DNA of 64,000 nt from a virus. The stretch is from positions 1 through 64,000 of IMG/VR virus record IMGVR_UViG_3300007770_000007; one strand, 5' to 3'. Shown one piece after another: positions 1 to 9,162 of the stretch. The translations under genes were made by a program, and so were the position numbers. The notes beneath the pieces were generated by a model. It saw only the letters and a list, made by a program, of their open reading frames with translations. It was not told the origin of the DNA and did no database searches. How positions within the stretch are numbered: position 1 is the first letter of the stretch; each line of letters begins with the position of its first letter.

Positions 1-597
1 GTGGAACTGGCATCCAGTCTGTACAGGCGTAGGGAGAACTTCCAGGTGCTGTCTCCACGGCACGCAGGGTCTGTTGGCGTAACTGCGTTGAACGACCGTA
101 TCCGGTCATCTTTGAATCCTGGTGTTGCTGGGCTGGTCGAGGTTCGGCTGGGGGGTGAGGTGATTCGAGAGGATGACCGTGTGATGGTGGTTCGGAACGA
201 CTATGGGTTGGACGTGTACAACGGGGATGTTGGAAAGGTCGCACGGATTGACCGCAAGGCTCGGGAAATCGAGGTGAAGATCCACGGGATGCCTGGGACC
301 CCTCCGCGTCATGTTCGGTTTGCGTTCAAGGATGCTGTCTCTCGCCTTCGACTGGCCTACGCACAGACGGTCCACAAATCCCAAGGGCAGGAGTACGACG
401 TGATCGTGATGCCGGTTGTCCCCTCTTTCGGTCGGCAGCTTCAGCGCAACCTCTTTTACACCGCGATCACCCGTGCCAAAGAGAAGGTGGTGCTGGTAGG
501 CAAGGCTTCCGCGATTGCTTCGGCTGTTCAAAACGCCAAGGCAGATCAGCGGAACACGATGTTTGCCACCCGAATCTCCCAAGCCTGCGGAGAGTAG
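1..597 (+). CDS. recD: RecD2/TraA-like SF1B helicase, C-terminal part (5' truncated by window)
   Basis: SF1B motifs LAYAQTVHKSQGQEY and RNLFYTAITRAK; NGDVG preceding the SH3-like region. Confidence 0.9.
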   Translation: MELASSLYRRRENFQVLSPRHAGSVGVTALNDRIRSSLNPGVAGLVEVRLGGEVIREDDRVMVVRNDYGLDVYNGDVGKVARIDRKAREIEVKIHGMPGTPPRHVRFAFKDAVSRLRLAYAQTVHKSQGQEYDVIVMPVVPSFGRQLQRNLFYTAITRAKEKVVLVGKASAIASAVQNAKADQRNTMFATRISQACGE

Positions 598-625
598 GGG
601 GGTTCCTTTGTTTGTGGGGGGTGTA
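598..625 (+). promoter_or_regulatory. Putative early/middle promoter GGGGGT-N17-GTGTA
   Basis: Same hexamer and 17-bp spacing as sites at 1892, 8845 and 12583; intergenic, upstream of RBS AGGAG. Confidence 0.45.
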
Positions 626-672
626 GTAGGTCCTACCGCTCCTTTTTGGGGCCGGATAAAAGGAGAGCCGTC

Positions 673-1101
673 ATGAGTACCACCGAAGAGAGCCGTAAGC
701 GCCTTCAGGAAACCGTTGCCCGCGTGAAAGGCAAGATGCGCGTCACCAAGGTTGTTGCAACCCGTGCCGTCAAGACCAAGCGCGGCGACTTCTTTGCCGG
801 TATGTCGGCAGCTTGGGATTCTGTTCAGGACGACGCGGGAGGCAGTGCCGACGTTGACATTTCCGTGGACACCGAGGACAGCGCAGCCAACGGCATGACC
901 TTGGAGGAGGCTCGCGTGGCCCATATCCTCCTCTCTATGGAGTGCCATATTGCTGCGTGGAGAGCCGCCCTCACCGATGGTGCTGTCAGCAAGAGCCAGT
1001 TCGACAACAAGGTTCGCGTGATCAAGCACAACACGGTCGAGCATCTTTCGGAGCTTCAGGGTAAGACTGCTGCTGAAGCCGAAGAAGAAGAAGCGGCATA
1101 G
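673..1101 (+). CDS. Hypothetical protein
   Basis: ORF with AGGAG RBS before ATG 673; acidic C-terminus; co-oriented in operon. Confidence 0.75.
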   Translation: MSTTEESRKRLQETVARVKGKMRVTKVVATRAVKTKRGDFFAGMSAAWDSVQDDAGGSADVDISVDTEDSAANGMTLEEARVAHILLSMECHIAAWRAALTDGAVSKSQFDNKVRVIKHNTVEHLSELQGKTAAEAEEEEAA

Positions 1102-1110
1102 AGGTTGGAA

Positions 1111-1890
1111 ATGGGAGACTTGCCTGACATCACCCAAGAGGTAGTCGAGGGGATCTTCTCTCGTCTGGAGGATATGGAGGTTCACTTGGACCCCAACCCT
1201 CTGGAGTACGGTCCTCGTCGCCTTACGCTGAAGATCGCAGCAGCCCGTAGCCATCTGGCACAGACGGAGCGCGTTTATCTTCAGGTTTCACAGTGGCTTC
1301 AGCAGTATCGTCATGCGAACCGGAGTTCACAGGCTGACTTCGATCTCCAGATGCAAGACCTTATGACCAATGATCCCGAGGTTCGGGCTGGCCGCAACGT
1401 CAAGGATCGGGATGCCATCGCCACGATGAAGCTGCGCTCCGAGAAGGAAGATATTGCTTCCCAGGAACTCACCCTCCAGGACTTGGAGGCTGTGATGACC
1501 GTCATCAAGGCGAAGCGTGCGGACCTCAAAGACACCCAGGCTCGAATCCGGGATCAGATGAAGCTGTGTCAGGAAGAGATTGGGTTGGGGGGCCGTTGGG
1601 GGTCCAAGCCTGCCCCTGGTGTCGAGGCACCGGACCTCGATGCTGCCCCGCACGTTGATGCAACCACTATCCGTGACTTGCAGGCCATGTTTACAGGAGA
1701 GGACGTGGAGGTGGATGCACCCCCACCCATCCCGGAAGCTGTAACGTCGGAACCTTCCCTGGAGGAAGGGTTGCCTACACAGGGCAGCGATAATGAGGTG
1801 GATGAGTTCTTGGCTGCATTGGATGCCGGAAAGTCCCGTTCACCCGACACTTTGGACATTGATGAACTTTTGGGAGATTCCTTCGGGTAG
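1111..1890 (+). CDS. Coiled-coil protein, possibly UvsY-like recombination mediator, with acidic tail
   Basis: Helical heptad pattern; position beside SSB/RecA; tail LDIDELLGDSFG. Function is inference. Confidence 0.5.
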   Translation: MGDLPDITQEVVEGIFSRLEDMEVHLDPNPLEYGPRRLTLKIAAARSHLAQTERVYLQVSQWLQQYRHANRSSQADFDLQMQDLMTNDPEVRAGRNVKDRDAIATMKLRSEKEDIASQELTLQDLEAVMTVIKAKRADLKDTQARIRDQMKLCQEEIGLGGRWGSKPAPGVEAPDLDAAPHVDATTIRDLQAMFTGEDVEVDAPPPIPEAVTSEPSLEEGLPTQGSDNEVDEFLAALDAGKSRSPDTLDIDELLGDSFG

Positions 1891-1891
1891 G

Positions 1892-1919
1892 GGGGGTCTC
1901 TTTCCTTTTTCCGTGGGTA
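1892..1919 (+). promoter_or_regulatory. Putative early/middle promoter GGGGGT-N17-GGGTA
   Basis: Exact motif, intergenic, upstream of SSB gene. Confidence 0.55.
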
Positions 1920-1992
1920 AAGGGTTTCAGGCGCAACCTTTCCTACATCGCTCGTAAGAAGCACTTTCACCCGCGCCTTTTTGGAGAACGAT

Positions 1993-2718
1993 ATGTCCAC
2001 TGGATTCATGGACTTTAGCATCGGTAGCGGCGACGACCGCATCGGTAAGAAAGCAACTCGATTCAAGCCCGAGGCTGGTCGCACCTACCGTGTGAGCCTC
2101 GCGTGGTTCAAGGATGTTGGAGAGGACGGCGTTCCTTCCACTGATCCTTCCAACCTTCGCTTCACGGGCTGCGAACGCATCTACAAGCCCGGTGTCGGCT
2201 ACTTTCTGTACAAGGGGCCTGCCTACGCCGAGTTCGGCCAGCCCAAGCAGAGCGTGGCCACTGTCATGGTGATCTGGCCCACGGACAAGAACGGCGACCT
2301 CGACGCTGCCTCGTTCAAGGCTGGGACTGGCTATCAGGTCATGCCCTGGATCTTCTCGCCTGACAAGTACAAGGACATCGGGCGTATCCACAACAAGTTC
2401 TCGTTGCTGGAGCATGACTTGAGCATGACCTGCACGGACGCCACCTACCACAAGATGACGTTCACTCCCGAGAACAACAACCTGCTGTTCAAGCTGCTTG
2501 GACAGGAAGGCCAGCTTCGGGAAGCTGCTGATCGCATCATGGCCGAGGCCAAGACGATTGCAGACGGCATCCACCGGGAACTCGCTCGTGACCTGACGGT
2601 TGACGAGATCCGCGAGAAGCTCGGTGGGGAGGCTGAAACTCCCGTCAACGGGGGAGGGGCTGTGGCCAACACCTCCAAGGAAGTGGACAACCTCTTGGAC
2701 GGCCTTCTGGACGGATAG
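1993..2718 (+). CDS. Single-stranded DNA-binding protein (T4 gp32-like)
   Basis: GGAG RBS before ATG 1993; aromatic-rich beta core; acidic tail EVDNLLDGLLDG similar to the gp32 C-terminus; replication context. Confidence 0.6.
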   Translation: MSTGFMDFSIGSGDDRIGKKATRFKPEAGRTYRVSLAWFKDVGEDGVPSTDPSNLRFTGCERIYKPGVGYFLYKGPAYAEFGQPKQSVATVMVIWPTDKNGDLDAASFKAGTGYQVMPWIFSPDKYKDIGRIHNKFSLLEHDLSMTCTDATYHKMTFTPENNNLLFKLLGQEGQLREAADRIMAEAKTIADGIHRELARDLTVDEIREKLGGEAETPVNGGGAVANTSKEVDNLLDGLLDG

Positions 2719-2719
2719 G

Positions 2720-3361
2720 ATGCTTGTCCTTGGCTTGGACCCGTCCCTGACAAACTATGGGTGGGCCTTGCACGATACGACGGCCCCTGTCGGAGACCCC
2801 TCACGGTGTCCCGCCAGGGGCCGTTTTCGTACCCCCTCCAAGATGGAGTTCCTTGAACGGTACATGAAGATGCGCTCCTCTTTGCAGGGTGTTGTTCAGG
2901 AGTACCAGCCTGACCGGGTTGGGATCGAGTTCCCCATCTTCAACGACATGTGGAGCGAGGGCATGTACGGCCTCTTCCTCTACTCCTGCGAAGCCCTGAA
3001 ATCCGAGGGCTGTGATGTAGTGTTCTGGTCCCCTATGCAGGTAAAGGCCCACGCCCGTGATTCCATTGTGCGTCCTCCCAAGTGGAAGATGGATAAAACC
3101 GACATGGTTGAAGCCGCTCGGGTGGATTCCGGTGGTGGCCGGTGGAACCATAATGAAGCCGATGCCTACCTTGTGGCTCGACTGGCTTCTCGGTTCTGGC
3201 TTTTTCACCAAGGGGTTGTTTCCGAGGGGGGTCTTTCTGCTACCGAAAACAGGTACTTCACGGAAGTGAAGAAATATGTCCGAGGGAGGAAAGCTGGCCG
3301 TGAAGAACGGCGGGGGATCATCCACCGGGAGAATGATCGCTTTTTCATCTGGTCCCGCTGA
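2720..3361 (+). CDS. RuvC-like Holliday junction resolvase
   Basis: MLVLGLDPSLTNYGWA start, VGIE, K...K, HNEADA acidic motifs of the RNase H/RuvC fold. Confidence 0.85.
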   Translation: MLVLGLDPSLTNYGWALHDTTAPVGDPSRCPARGRFRTPSKMEFLERYMKMRSSLQGVVQEYQPDRVGIEFPIFNDMWSEGMYGLFLYSCEALKSEGCDVVFWSPMQVKAHARDSIVRPPKWKMDKTDMVEAARVDSGGGRWNHNEADAYLVARLASRFWLFHQGVVSEGGLSATENRYFTEVKKYVRGRKAGREERRGIIHRENDRFFIWSR

Positions 3362-3374
3362 TACAGGAGATTCC

Positions 3375-4574
3375 ATGCCCAGAGCCAAGAAGAGTAGTAG
3401 CACTGACAAGAAGGCCCTCAAGGTGTCTGGGAACGCGCTTTCCAAGGCTCGTGAGTTCGTGCAGAAGAAGATGACCAAGTCCTATGAGCAGGCTCATGTT
3501 CCTTTGGATCCAGAAGCCCTCCAAGAGTCAGCACCCCACCTTCCCACGGGGTCTACCGCTATTGACTTCTTGATCGGGGGCGAGGCCAACACCTTTGGGG
3601 TTGCTCCCTGCCCAGGGCTTCCTCGTGGTCGTGTCACCCAGGTCTGGGGGCACGAGAGTGCAGGAAAGACCACACTTGCCCTTACAGCCGCAGCATCAGC
3701 TTGTGCCCAGGGAGGCACTGTCGTCTACATTGATTGGGAGAACGACATTGTTCCCGACTATGCCGCTGCCCTTGGGGTTCCCATCACGGACCCGGATAAG
3801 TTCGAGCTTCTTCAGCCGGATTCCCTGGAAGAAGGCATCAAGTTCGCGATGATCTTTGCGGCGGCGGGGGTGGACCTCATCGTGTTCGACTCTGTTGGTG
3901 CTGCGGTGACTCGTCGTATCGCGGAGCGCGACATGATCGAGGCAGGTGAACAGTCCAAGGTCGGAGAGCTTCAGGCTGTTTGGTCCCAGGAACTCCCCAA
4001 CCTCAAAGGTGTCATCGCCAAGAGCGGAACCGCTGTCTTGGGGATCTCCCAGGTTCGGGCAGACATTGGCAAGACCTACGGCCCCAAGACGAAGCCGCAG
4101 GGTGGCAACGCCTGGAAGTTTTACTCCAGTGTTCGCTTGGAGCTTCGTCGTGTGCAGAATGAGAAGTCTCGACGCCATGACGCACTGACCCACCGCACTG
4201 ATGAGCGTGTCATCGGCGGCATCATCAAGGCCAAGGCGGTCAAGTGCAAGATGTCCAAGTCACAGGGCCGGGAGGTCGTGTTCTACATCCGTTGGGGCGA
4301 GGGCATCGACAACTACCGTTCGATCTTGGAGATCGCTATCGCACACGGACTCATCAAGAAGGGAGGGGCTTGGTTGTCCTGGGATCGGCCTGATGGTCTG
4401 GTGAAGAAGCAGGGCATCGAGAAGCTCCGGGACTACTTGATTGAGGATGCTGATGCCTACAATGACCTGTGCTCGCAGGTCTACCCTCTCCTTGGGTCCG
4501 TTGAGGTGTATGAGGAAGAGGACGTGGAAGAAGAGAGTGACATCGACGCCGCCTTGAGCGAGGTCTTGGGGTAG
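3375..4574 (+). CDS. recA: RecA/UvsX recombinase
   Basis: GLPRGRVTQVWGHESAGKTT Walker A, LIVFDSV Walker B, GGNAWKFYSSVRLE, GAW motifs. Confidence 0.95.
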   Translation: MPRAKKSSSTDKKALKVSGNALSKAREFVQKKMTKSYEQAHVPLDPEALQESAPHLPTGSTAIDFLIGGEANTFGVAPCPGLPRGRVTQVWGHESAGKTTLALTAAASACAQGGTVVYIDWENDIVPDYAAALGVPITDPDKFELLQPDSLEEGIKFAMIFAAAGVDLIVFDSVGAAVTRRIAERDMIEAGEQSKVGELQAVWSQELPNLKGVIAKSGTAVLGISQVRADIGKTYGPKTKPQGGNAWKFYSSVRLELRRVQNEKSRRHDALTHRTDERVIGGIIKAKAVKCKMSKSQGREVVFYIRWGEGIDNYRSILEIAIAHGLIKKGGAWLSWDRPDGLVKKQGIEKLRDYLIEDADAYNDLCSQVYPLLGSVEVYEEEDVEEESDIDAALSEVLG

Positions 4575-4618
4575 GTGGGATGGCTTGTTGACCGGGTAGT
4601 AGGAAGGATGGGGGTGCT

Positions 4619-5740
4619 ATGAGCGTTCTTGTCCGACTTCAGAACTTTCAGTCAATCGAGGATGCTTCGATTGAGATAGACGGCTTCACTGTCGTTACCG
4701 GCCCTAACAACAGCGGCAAGAGTGCGTTGATGCGAGCTATTCGGGGGGTGTTCACCAATGCCCCCGCTGGCTCCCTGGTTCGTCACGGTTGCCCCCACCT
4801 GACGGTTGACATGACCTTTGAGGATGCTGTTGTCCGTTGGGAGAAGGGCAAGAAGATCAACCGCTACACCCTCAACGGGAAGGTGCTTGATAACGTCGGT
4901 CGAGGGGTCCCTCCCGAGGTTGCTGCCATCGGTCTTCAAGAGGTGAAGGCCGCTTCCGATAGGTTGTGGCCTCAAATCGCGGAACAGTTCGGGGGAGTGC
5001 TGTTTCTGGTGGACCGTCCAGGGTCGGTGGTGGCCGAGGCTCTTTCGGATGTAGATCGGGTAGGGAGGCTGTCGGATGCCCTTCGACTCTCTGAATCAGA
5101 CAGGCGCTCGGTCACTTCTGAACTCAAGATACGTCGCAAAGATGCAGTGGCTTTGAAGGAGGAGTTTAGGACTTTTGAGGGGCTGGACGAGGCCGCTCTG
5201 CTCGTGGACAGTGCGGTTACTGCCTACGAGGCCCTCTCATTTCTGGATGTAGAGGTTCAAGAGGTGGCCAACTTGAAGAGGCAGCTTGAAGCCACACAGG
5301 GTGTGGTGAAGGCCCTTGACGGGTTTGACCCCTCACTTGTGCCTCTGGCGCACCGTGAGTGGTTTAGGGATGTACGGGCAGGGGTCCAGGAGGCAAGAAC
5401 CTTTCAGAAGCAGCTTCGCTCCTCCCAGGGCGCTGTGGAGAGGGCTGTTGGAGTGTTGGAGGCGGTGGAGAAGCACCCCCTCCCTTCCAGTGCCGGGGTG
5501 GAGAAGGTGGCAAGCGCCATCAAACAGGTTCAAGAGCTTGGGGGACGGTTGCACACAGCCCGTAAGGCGGTGCGCCTCCTGGAAGTGGAGCTTCGAGAAA
5601 CGGGGGTCCGTCTATCCGAGGCTCAAGAAACTTTCTGGACCATTCTGGGAGACCGGGGGATCTGTCCCACCTGTGAAACCGTATTTGATGAAGATGCTCC
5701 TCTTCACGAATCACGCTTCATGGAGGCTTCTTCCAAATGA
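4619..5740 (+). CDS. SbcC/Rad50-like ATPase, N-terminal half only (Walker A, coiled coil, zinc hook)
   Basis: LQNFQSI, TGPNNSGKS, Q-loop region, coiled coil ending at CPTC; no signature or Walker B motif. Confidence 0.85.
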   Translation: MSVLVRLQNFQSIEDASIEIDGFTVVTGPNNSGKSALMRAIRGVFTNAPAGSLVRHGCPHLTVDMTFEDAVVRWEKGKKINRYTLNGKVLDNVGRGVPPEVAAIGLQEVKAASDRLWPQIAEQFGGVLFLVDRPGSVVAEALSDVDRVGRLSDALRLSESDRRSVTSELKIRRKDAVALKEEFRTFEGLDEAALLVDSAVTAYEALSFLDVEVQEVANLKRQLEATQGVVKALDGFDPSLVPLAHREWFRDVRAGVQEARTFQKQLRSSQGAVERAVGVLEAVEKHPLPSSAGVEKVASAIKQVQELGGRLHTARKAVRLLEVELRETGVRLSEAQETFWTILGDRGICPTCETVFDEDAPLHESRFMEASSK

Positions 5741-6696
5741 TTCAACTTGTCTGGCGCACTGATGTCCACCTTTCTGACAAAGCACCCTCCAGTCGCACCG
5801 ATGATTGGGCTGCTACGGTGTTCGACAAGTTGGATCAGGTTCGCCGTGTAGCAAAGAAGGTCGGTGCAGCAGCGATCCTGGACGGCGGCGACTTCTTCCA
5901 TATCAAGTCACCGGGCCGGAACTCCCATTCCTTGGTCCATCGAACTGCGGAGCACCACGCCGATTATCCGTGCCCCGTCTACTGCACTCCGGGCAACCAC
6001 GATTCGATCTACGGAGACTACTCCTTCCTTCCACAACAGCCTCTTGGAGTCCTGTATGCCAGCGGTGTGTTCCGCAGGCTCTATGACGAACACGAGGCCG
6101 TATTTGAGAAGGATGGGGTGAAGGTCCGTGTGGTGGGGGTGCCCTACCACGGCACTACTTATGCCATGGACCGTTTCCACTACATCGAGCGCAAGGACGA
6201 GGACTACCTCATCTGTGTGGCCCATGTCTTGGCTTCCAAGAAGGGCGGCTCGATGTTTGAGGGGGAGGACATCATCAAGTACGAAGCTCTCCGTGACACA
6301 GCCCCGGATATGTTCCTCTTTGGGCATTGGCATAAAGACCAGGGCATCGTGGAGTTACAGGATAAGACCTTCGTGAATGTCGGAAGCCTGACCCGAGGGA
6401 CGCTGTCCCAGGACGATGTAGGCCGTCGCCCTGCGTGTGTTCTCCTGTCTTTCTCGGAGCAGGAGATGACGGCTAAGGTCGTGAGGCTTCGGGTGAAGCC
6501 TTCCGAGGAGGTGTTCGATATAGAGGGCCGTGCCCGCCAAGTCCAGCGCCAAGTCGAGATGGATTCCTTCGTGTCGGCTATCCGGGACTCACTCCAGAGC
6601 GAGGCGGGGGAAACCTTGGCCGATGTAGTTCAGGGTTTCGCGGATGTTCCTCAAGAGGTCCGGGAGAGGGCGTTGTCTTACCTGGAGCGGGTATAG
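5737..6696 (+). CDS. sbcD: SbcD/Mre11-like metallophosphoesterase nuclease
   Basis: TDVH, GGDFFH, GNHD, AH, GHWH, NVGSL motifs; overlaps the SbcC N-half gene. Confidence 0.9.
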   Translation: MIQLVWRTDVHLSDKAPSSRTDDWAATVFDKLDQVRRVAKKVGAAAILDGGDFFHIKSPGRNSHSLVHRTAEHHADYPCPVYCTPGNHDSIYGDYSFLPQQPLGVLYASGVFRRLYDEHEAVFEKDGVKVRVVGVPYHGTTYAMDRFHYIERKDEDYLICVAHVLASKKGGSMFEGEDIIKYEALRDTAPDMFLFGHWHKDQGIVELQDKTFVNVGSLTRGTLSQDDVGRRPACVLLSFSEQEMTAKVVRLRVKPSEEVFDIEGRARQVQRQVEMDSFVSAIRDSLQSEAGETLADVVQGFADVPQEVRERALSYLERV

Positions 6697-6705
6697 AGGT
6701 AGATT

Positions 6706-7185
6706 ATGGCTAAACAGTTCCCACTCCATGCGTTGTTCCAAGCTCTCCACAAGGCTGTGATCCAGGCCACCAAGGTTGCTCGTGAGACTTCGATCCAGTC
6801 CCTGAAAAAAGACTACTTCAGTCAGGTTCACAACGAGGACGGAACCCCTACGGGGGTGTGGAAGCCGAAAACCTTGTCACTCGTTCTTCCTACCCCTGAA
6901 GGGGAGGAGATAAAGCCTGTACAGTATGACGTTCCTCTGTACTCCTTGGTGAAGCACCAGTCTGTCGCGCTGGATACCCTCAAGATCAACTTCGAGGTCG
7001 AACTTCATGGCCTGGAGGAGTTGGAGTCCGAGGGCGCAGGCAGCGAAAACATGCTTGCCAGTACCCCCGCAGGCGTTTTCAGTAGAAAGACTATGGCGAA
7101 AGTAGAGGTGACCTTCAAGGGGGAAGACCCTTCCGAGGGTATGATGCGGATCAACGATAAAATCCTCAAAACTTTCCCAGCGTAG
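6706..7185 (+). CDS. DUF2589-family protein (short partner)
   Basis: VPLYSLV...LKINFEVEL and KVEVTFKGEDPSEGMMRI, typical of DUF2589 pairs. Confidence 0.7.
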   Translation: MAKQFPLHALFQALHKAVIQATKVARETSIQSLKKDYFSQVHNEDGTPTGVWKPKTLSLVLPTPEGEEIKPVQYDVPLYSLVKHQSVALDTLKINFEVELHGLEELESEGAGSENMLASTPAGVFSRKTMAKVEVTFKGEDPSEGMMRINDKILKTFPA

Positions 7186-7194
7186 GAGTAAGAA

Positions 7195-7842
7195 ATGGCT
7201 GACGGCCTTGTAAATATGTCTTCCCAGTTCAAGGGCTTGCCCATGAAGGACCTGATTGGTGGTCCTTTGCAGGCAGCCTGCGATGCACAAACCCTTCTGG
7301 CGAACGCCAGCGCGTCCTTCATCAAGGATATTGGTCTCCAGGACGACGGGAGTGGCAGCTACTCGGCCCGTACAGTTGACTTTGGCTTCACCCGCCCCAC
7401 ACAACTTCCCGATGGAACCGTCAGCACAGAAAAGGTGGACCTTGAAGTCCCCTTGTTGGCCATCATCAACACCCCTTCACTGTCGGTGAAGGAAGCGGAA
7501 GTGGACTTCACTATGTCGGTGTCTTCAAGCACCAGCAGTGAGTCCAGTTCCGATTCAGAAGCCGATCTGGATGCGACGGCCAAGTTGAACTACGGCATCT
7601 TCAGTATGAAGGTTCATGTCCACGGGCATGTTGCTACCCATAGTTCTAACACCCGTAAGTCGGACAACTCGGCCAAGTACAATGTCAGAGTCGTTGCACG
7701 CGACGACGGGCCGCCTGAAGGCTTGATGAAGGTTCTCGACATGCTCAACTCCGCTATTGCCCCCACGTCAGTTTCTGGCGGCGATGCTGCGGATGATGGT
7801 GACAATCCCCCTGCCGCAAAGAAGAAGAAGGGCGGCACCTGA
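7195..7842 (+). CDS. DUF2589-family protein
   Basis: LPMKDLIGGPLQAACDAQ, VPLLAIINTPSL, Ser-rich stretch, NSAKYNVRVVA...PPEGL. Confidence 0.85.
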   Translation: MADGLVNMSSQFKGLPMKDLIGGPLQAACDAQTLLANASASFIKDIGLQDDGSGSYSARTVDFGFTRPTQLPDGTVSTEKVDLEVPLLAIINTPSLSVKEAEVDFTMSVSSSTSSESSSDSEADLDATAKLNYGIFSMKVHVHGHVATHSSNTRKSDNSAKYNVRVVARDDGPPEGLMKVLDMLNSAIAPTSVSGGDAADDGDNPPAAKKKKGGT

Positions 7843-7860
7843 TAGCCGACCTCCCTGCTG

Positions 7861-7897
7861 AATAGGCCCCCTGGGAGAAGATCACAGGGGGCCTATT
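7861..7897 (+). terminator. Hairpin, probable intrinsic terminator after the DUF2589 pair
   Basis: 13-bp perfect stem AATAGGCCCCCTG/CAGGGGGCCTATT followed by T. Confidence 0.65.
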
Positions 7898-7926
7898 TGT
7901 AGGTACTGTGTGAACTGGAGAACCTC

Positions 7927-8844
7927 TTGAATAACAAGTCCACCCTCTACTGGTCCCACCTCAAAATGTATGAGGAGTGTCCGCAGAAGTTTCTGTGGAC
8001 AAAGGGGTGGGGAACCCTTGATGTCGGAGCAGGCCCAGGGGAAGGAAAGCCCATCCCTGTTCGGCGCACTCGACACCACGCCGTCATGGGGATTGTTACG
8101 CAGTACGCCATCGAGCGGATGTACAACGATGAGTTGTATCGCGAGCCTGCCCTCCTGAAGCAGCGCCTCCTGGAGATTGTTGATTCGGAATGGGATCGGG
8201 AGTCCTCCAAGGAGCGGAACTGGATCGACTACCGGGTTGCCGGATCTTCACGCTCTTTGCGTCAGGTCTGCCGGGATGGGGTGGTGGGATACCTTTCCAC
8301 GATGAAGGCCCACAAGCTGCTTGGGCCTTATGCCAAAGCAGAGGTCAACCTCGTAGGGTGGATTGATAAGTGGAACGGCGTAGGTGGCCGTGCCGATACG
8401 ATTGTCCGTCGAGAGGACACCGGCATCACGATCATTGACGGCAAGAACACCCTTCACAAGATGAAGTACACCGATCCAGACCAGTTGAGGTGGTACGCCA
8501 TGCTTTTCAAGCTGGCTTACAAGGTGATGCCGGATCGACTGGCCTTTGTTTGGTTCAGGTTTCCCTATGGGTCCGAGAACACAGAGGGCGAGCTTGAAGA
8601 GGGGGTGGAGTGGGTTGATTTCACGGAGGACGACCTTCGTGGGTTGGCCCAGCGTGCTGTCGATGCCAAAAAGGGGATGCGCTACGAGAAGTTCAAGCCT
8701 ACCCCCTCCGCGTCCGTTTGCCGGTTCTGCGACTTCGAGAGTGTCTGCGATGCCCGGAAGGAACAGAAGGCGAGCAGAAGCCGTAAGCCCAAGAAGATTG
8801 ATGCCTTGAGCGATTCAGACGGCTTCGTAGACCTTTCCCTGTAG
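7927..8844 (+). CDS. PD-(D/E)XK exonuclease (RecB/AddB/Cas4-like) with Fe-S cysteines
   Basis: GRAD...IIDGK, QLRWY, N-terminal ECP plus C-terminal CRFC...C. Confidence 0.85.
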   Translation: MNNKSTLYWSHLKMYEECPQKFLWTKGWGTLDVGAGPGEGKPIPVRRTRHHAVMGIVTQYAIERMYNDELYREPALLKQRLLEIVDSEWDRESSKERNWIDYRVAGSSRSLRQVCRDGVVGYLSTMKAHKLLGPYAKAEVNLVGWIDKWNGVGGRADTIVRREDTGITIIDGKNTLHKMKYTDPDQLRWYAMLFKLAYKVMPDRLAFVWFRFPYGSENTEGELEEGVEWVDFTEDDLRGLAQRAVDAKKGMRYEKFKPTPSASVCRFCDFESVCDARKEQKASRSRKPKKIDALSDSDGFVDLSL

Positions 8845-8872
8845 GGGGGTCTTTCGTGGGTTCGGGTGGGTA
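8845..8872 (+). promoter_or_regulatory. Putative early/middle promoter GGGGGT-N17-GGGTA
   Basis: Exact motif, intergenic. Confidence 0.55.
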
Positions 8873-8892
8873 CTTCTGTGTGGAGGTATCCG

Positions 8893-9162
8893 ATGGAAGA
8901 ACTGGACCAGCGACTGCAACAAGCAATGCAGACCCGTGACCAACTGGCCGCTGATGTTCAGCGGGTTGAGGGTCGTCTCGATGCTGCTCGCACCACTCTC
9001 TCCGAGGTCGAAGAGGCCATCCGGGATAAAGGGCTTGACCCTGCAAAGCTGGATTCGGTCCTGGAAGACCTGCAAGCTCGTTACGCCGAAGGCGTGCAAA
9101 CCTTTGAGCAGGACCTCGAAAAAGCCCAACTCAACCTTACCCCGTATCTGGAGAACCCCTGA
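8893..9162 (+). CDS. Small coiled-coil hypothetical protein
   Basis: GGAGG RBS before ATG 8893; heptad pattern. Confidence 0.75.
   Translation: MEELDQRLQQAMQTRDQLAADVQRVEGRLDAARTTLSEVEEAIRDKGLDPAKLDSVLEDLQARYAEGVQTFEQDLEKAQLNLTPYLENP

Noticed and set aside
7927-8844. Cas4/CRISPR adaptation gene
   Set aside because: Stand-alone PD-(D/E)XK exonucleases with Fe-S cysteines are common in phage recombination modules, and there is no cas1/cas2 or array
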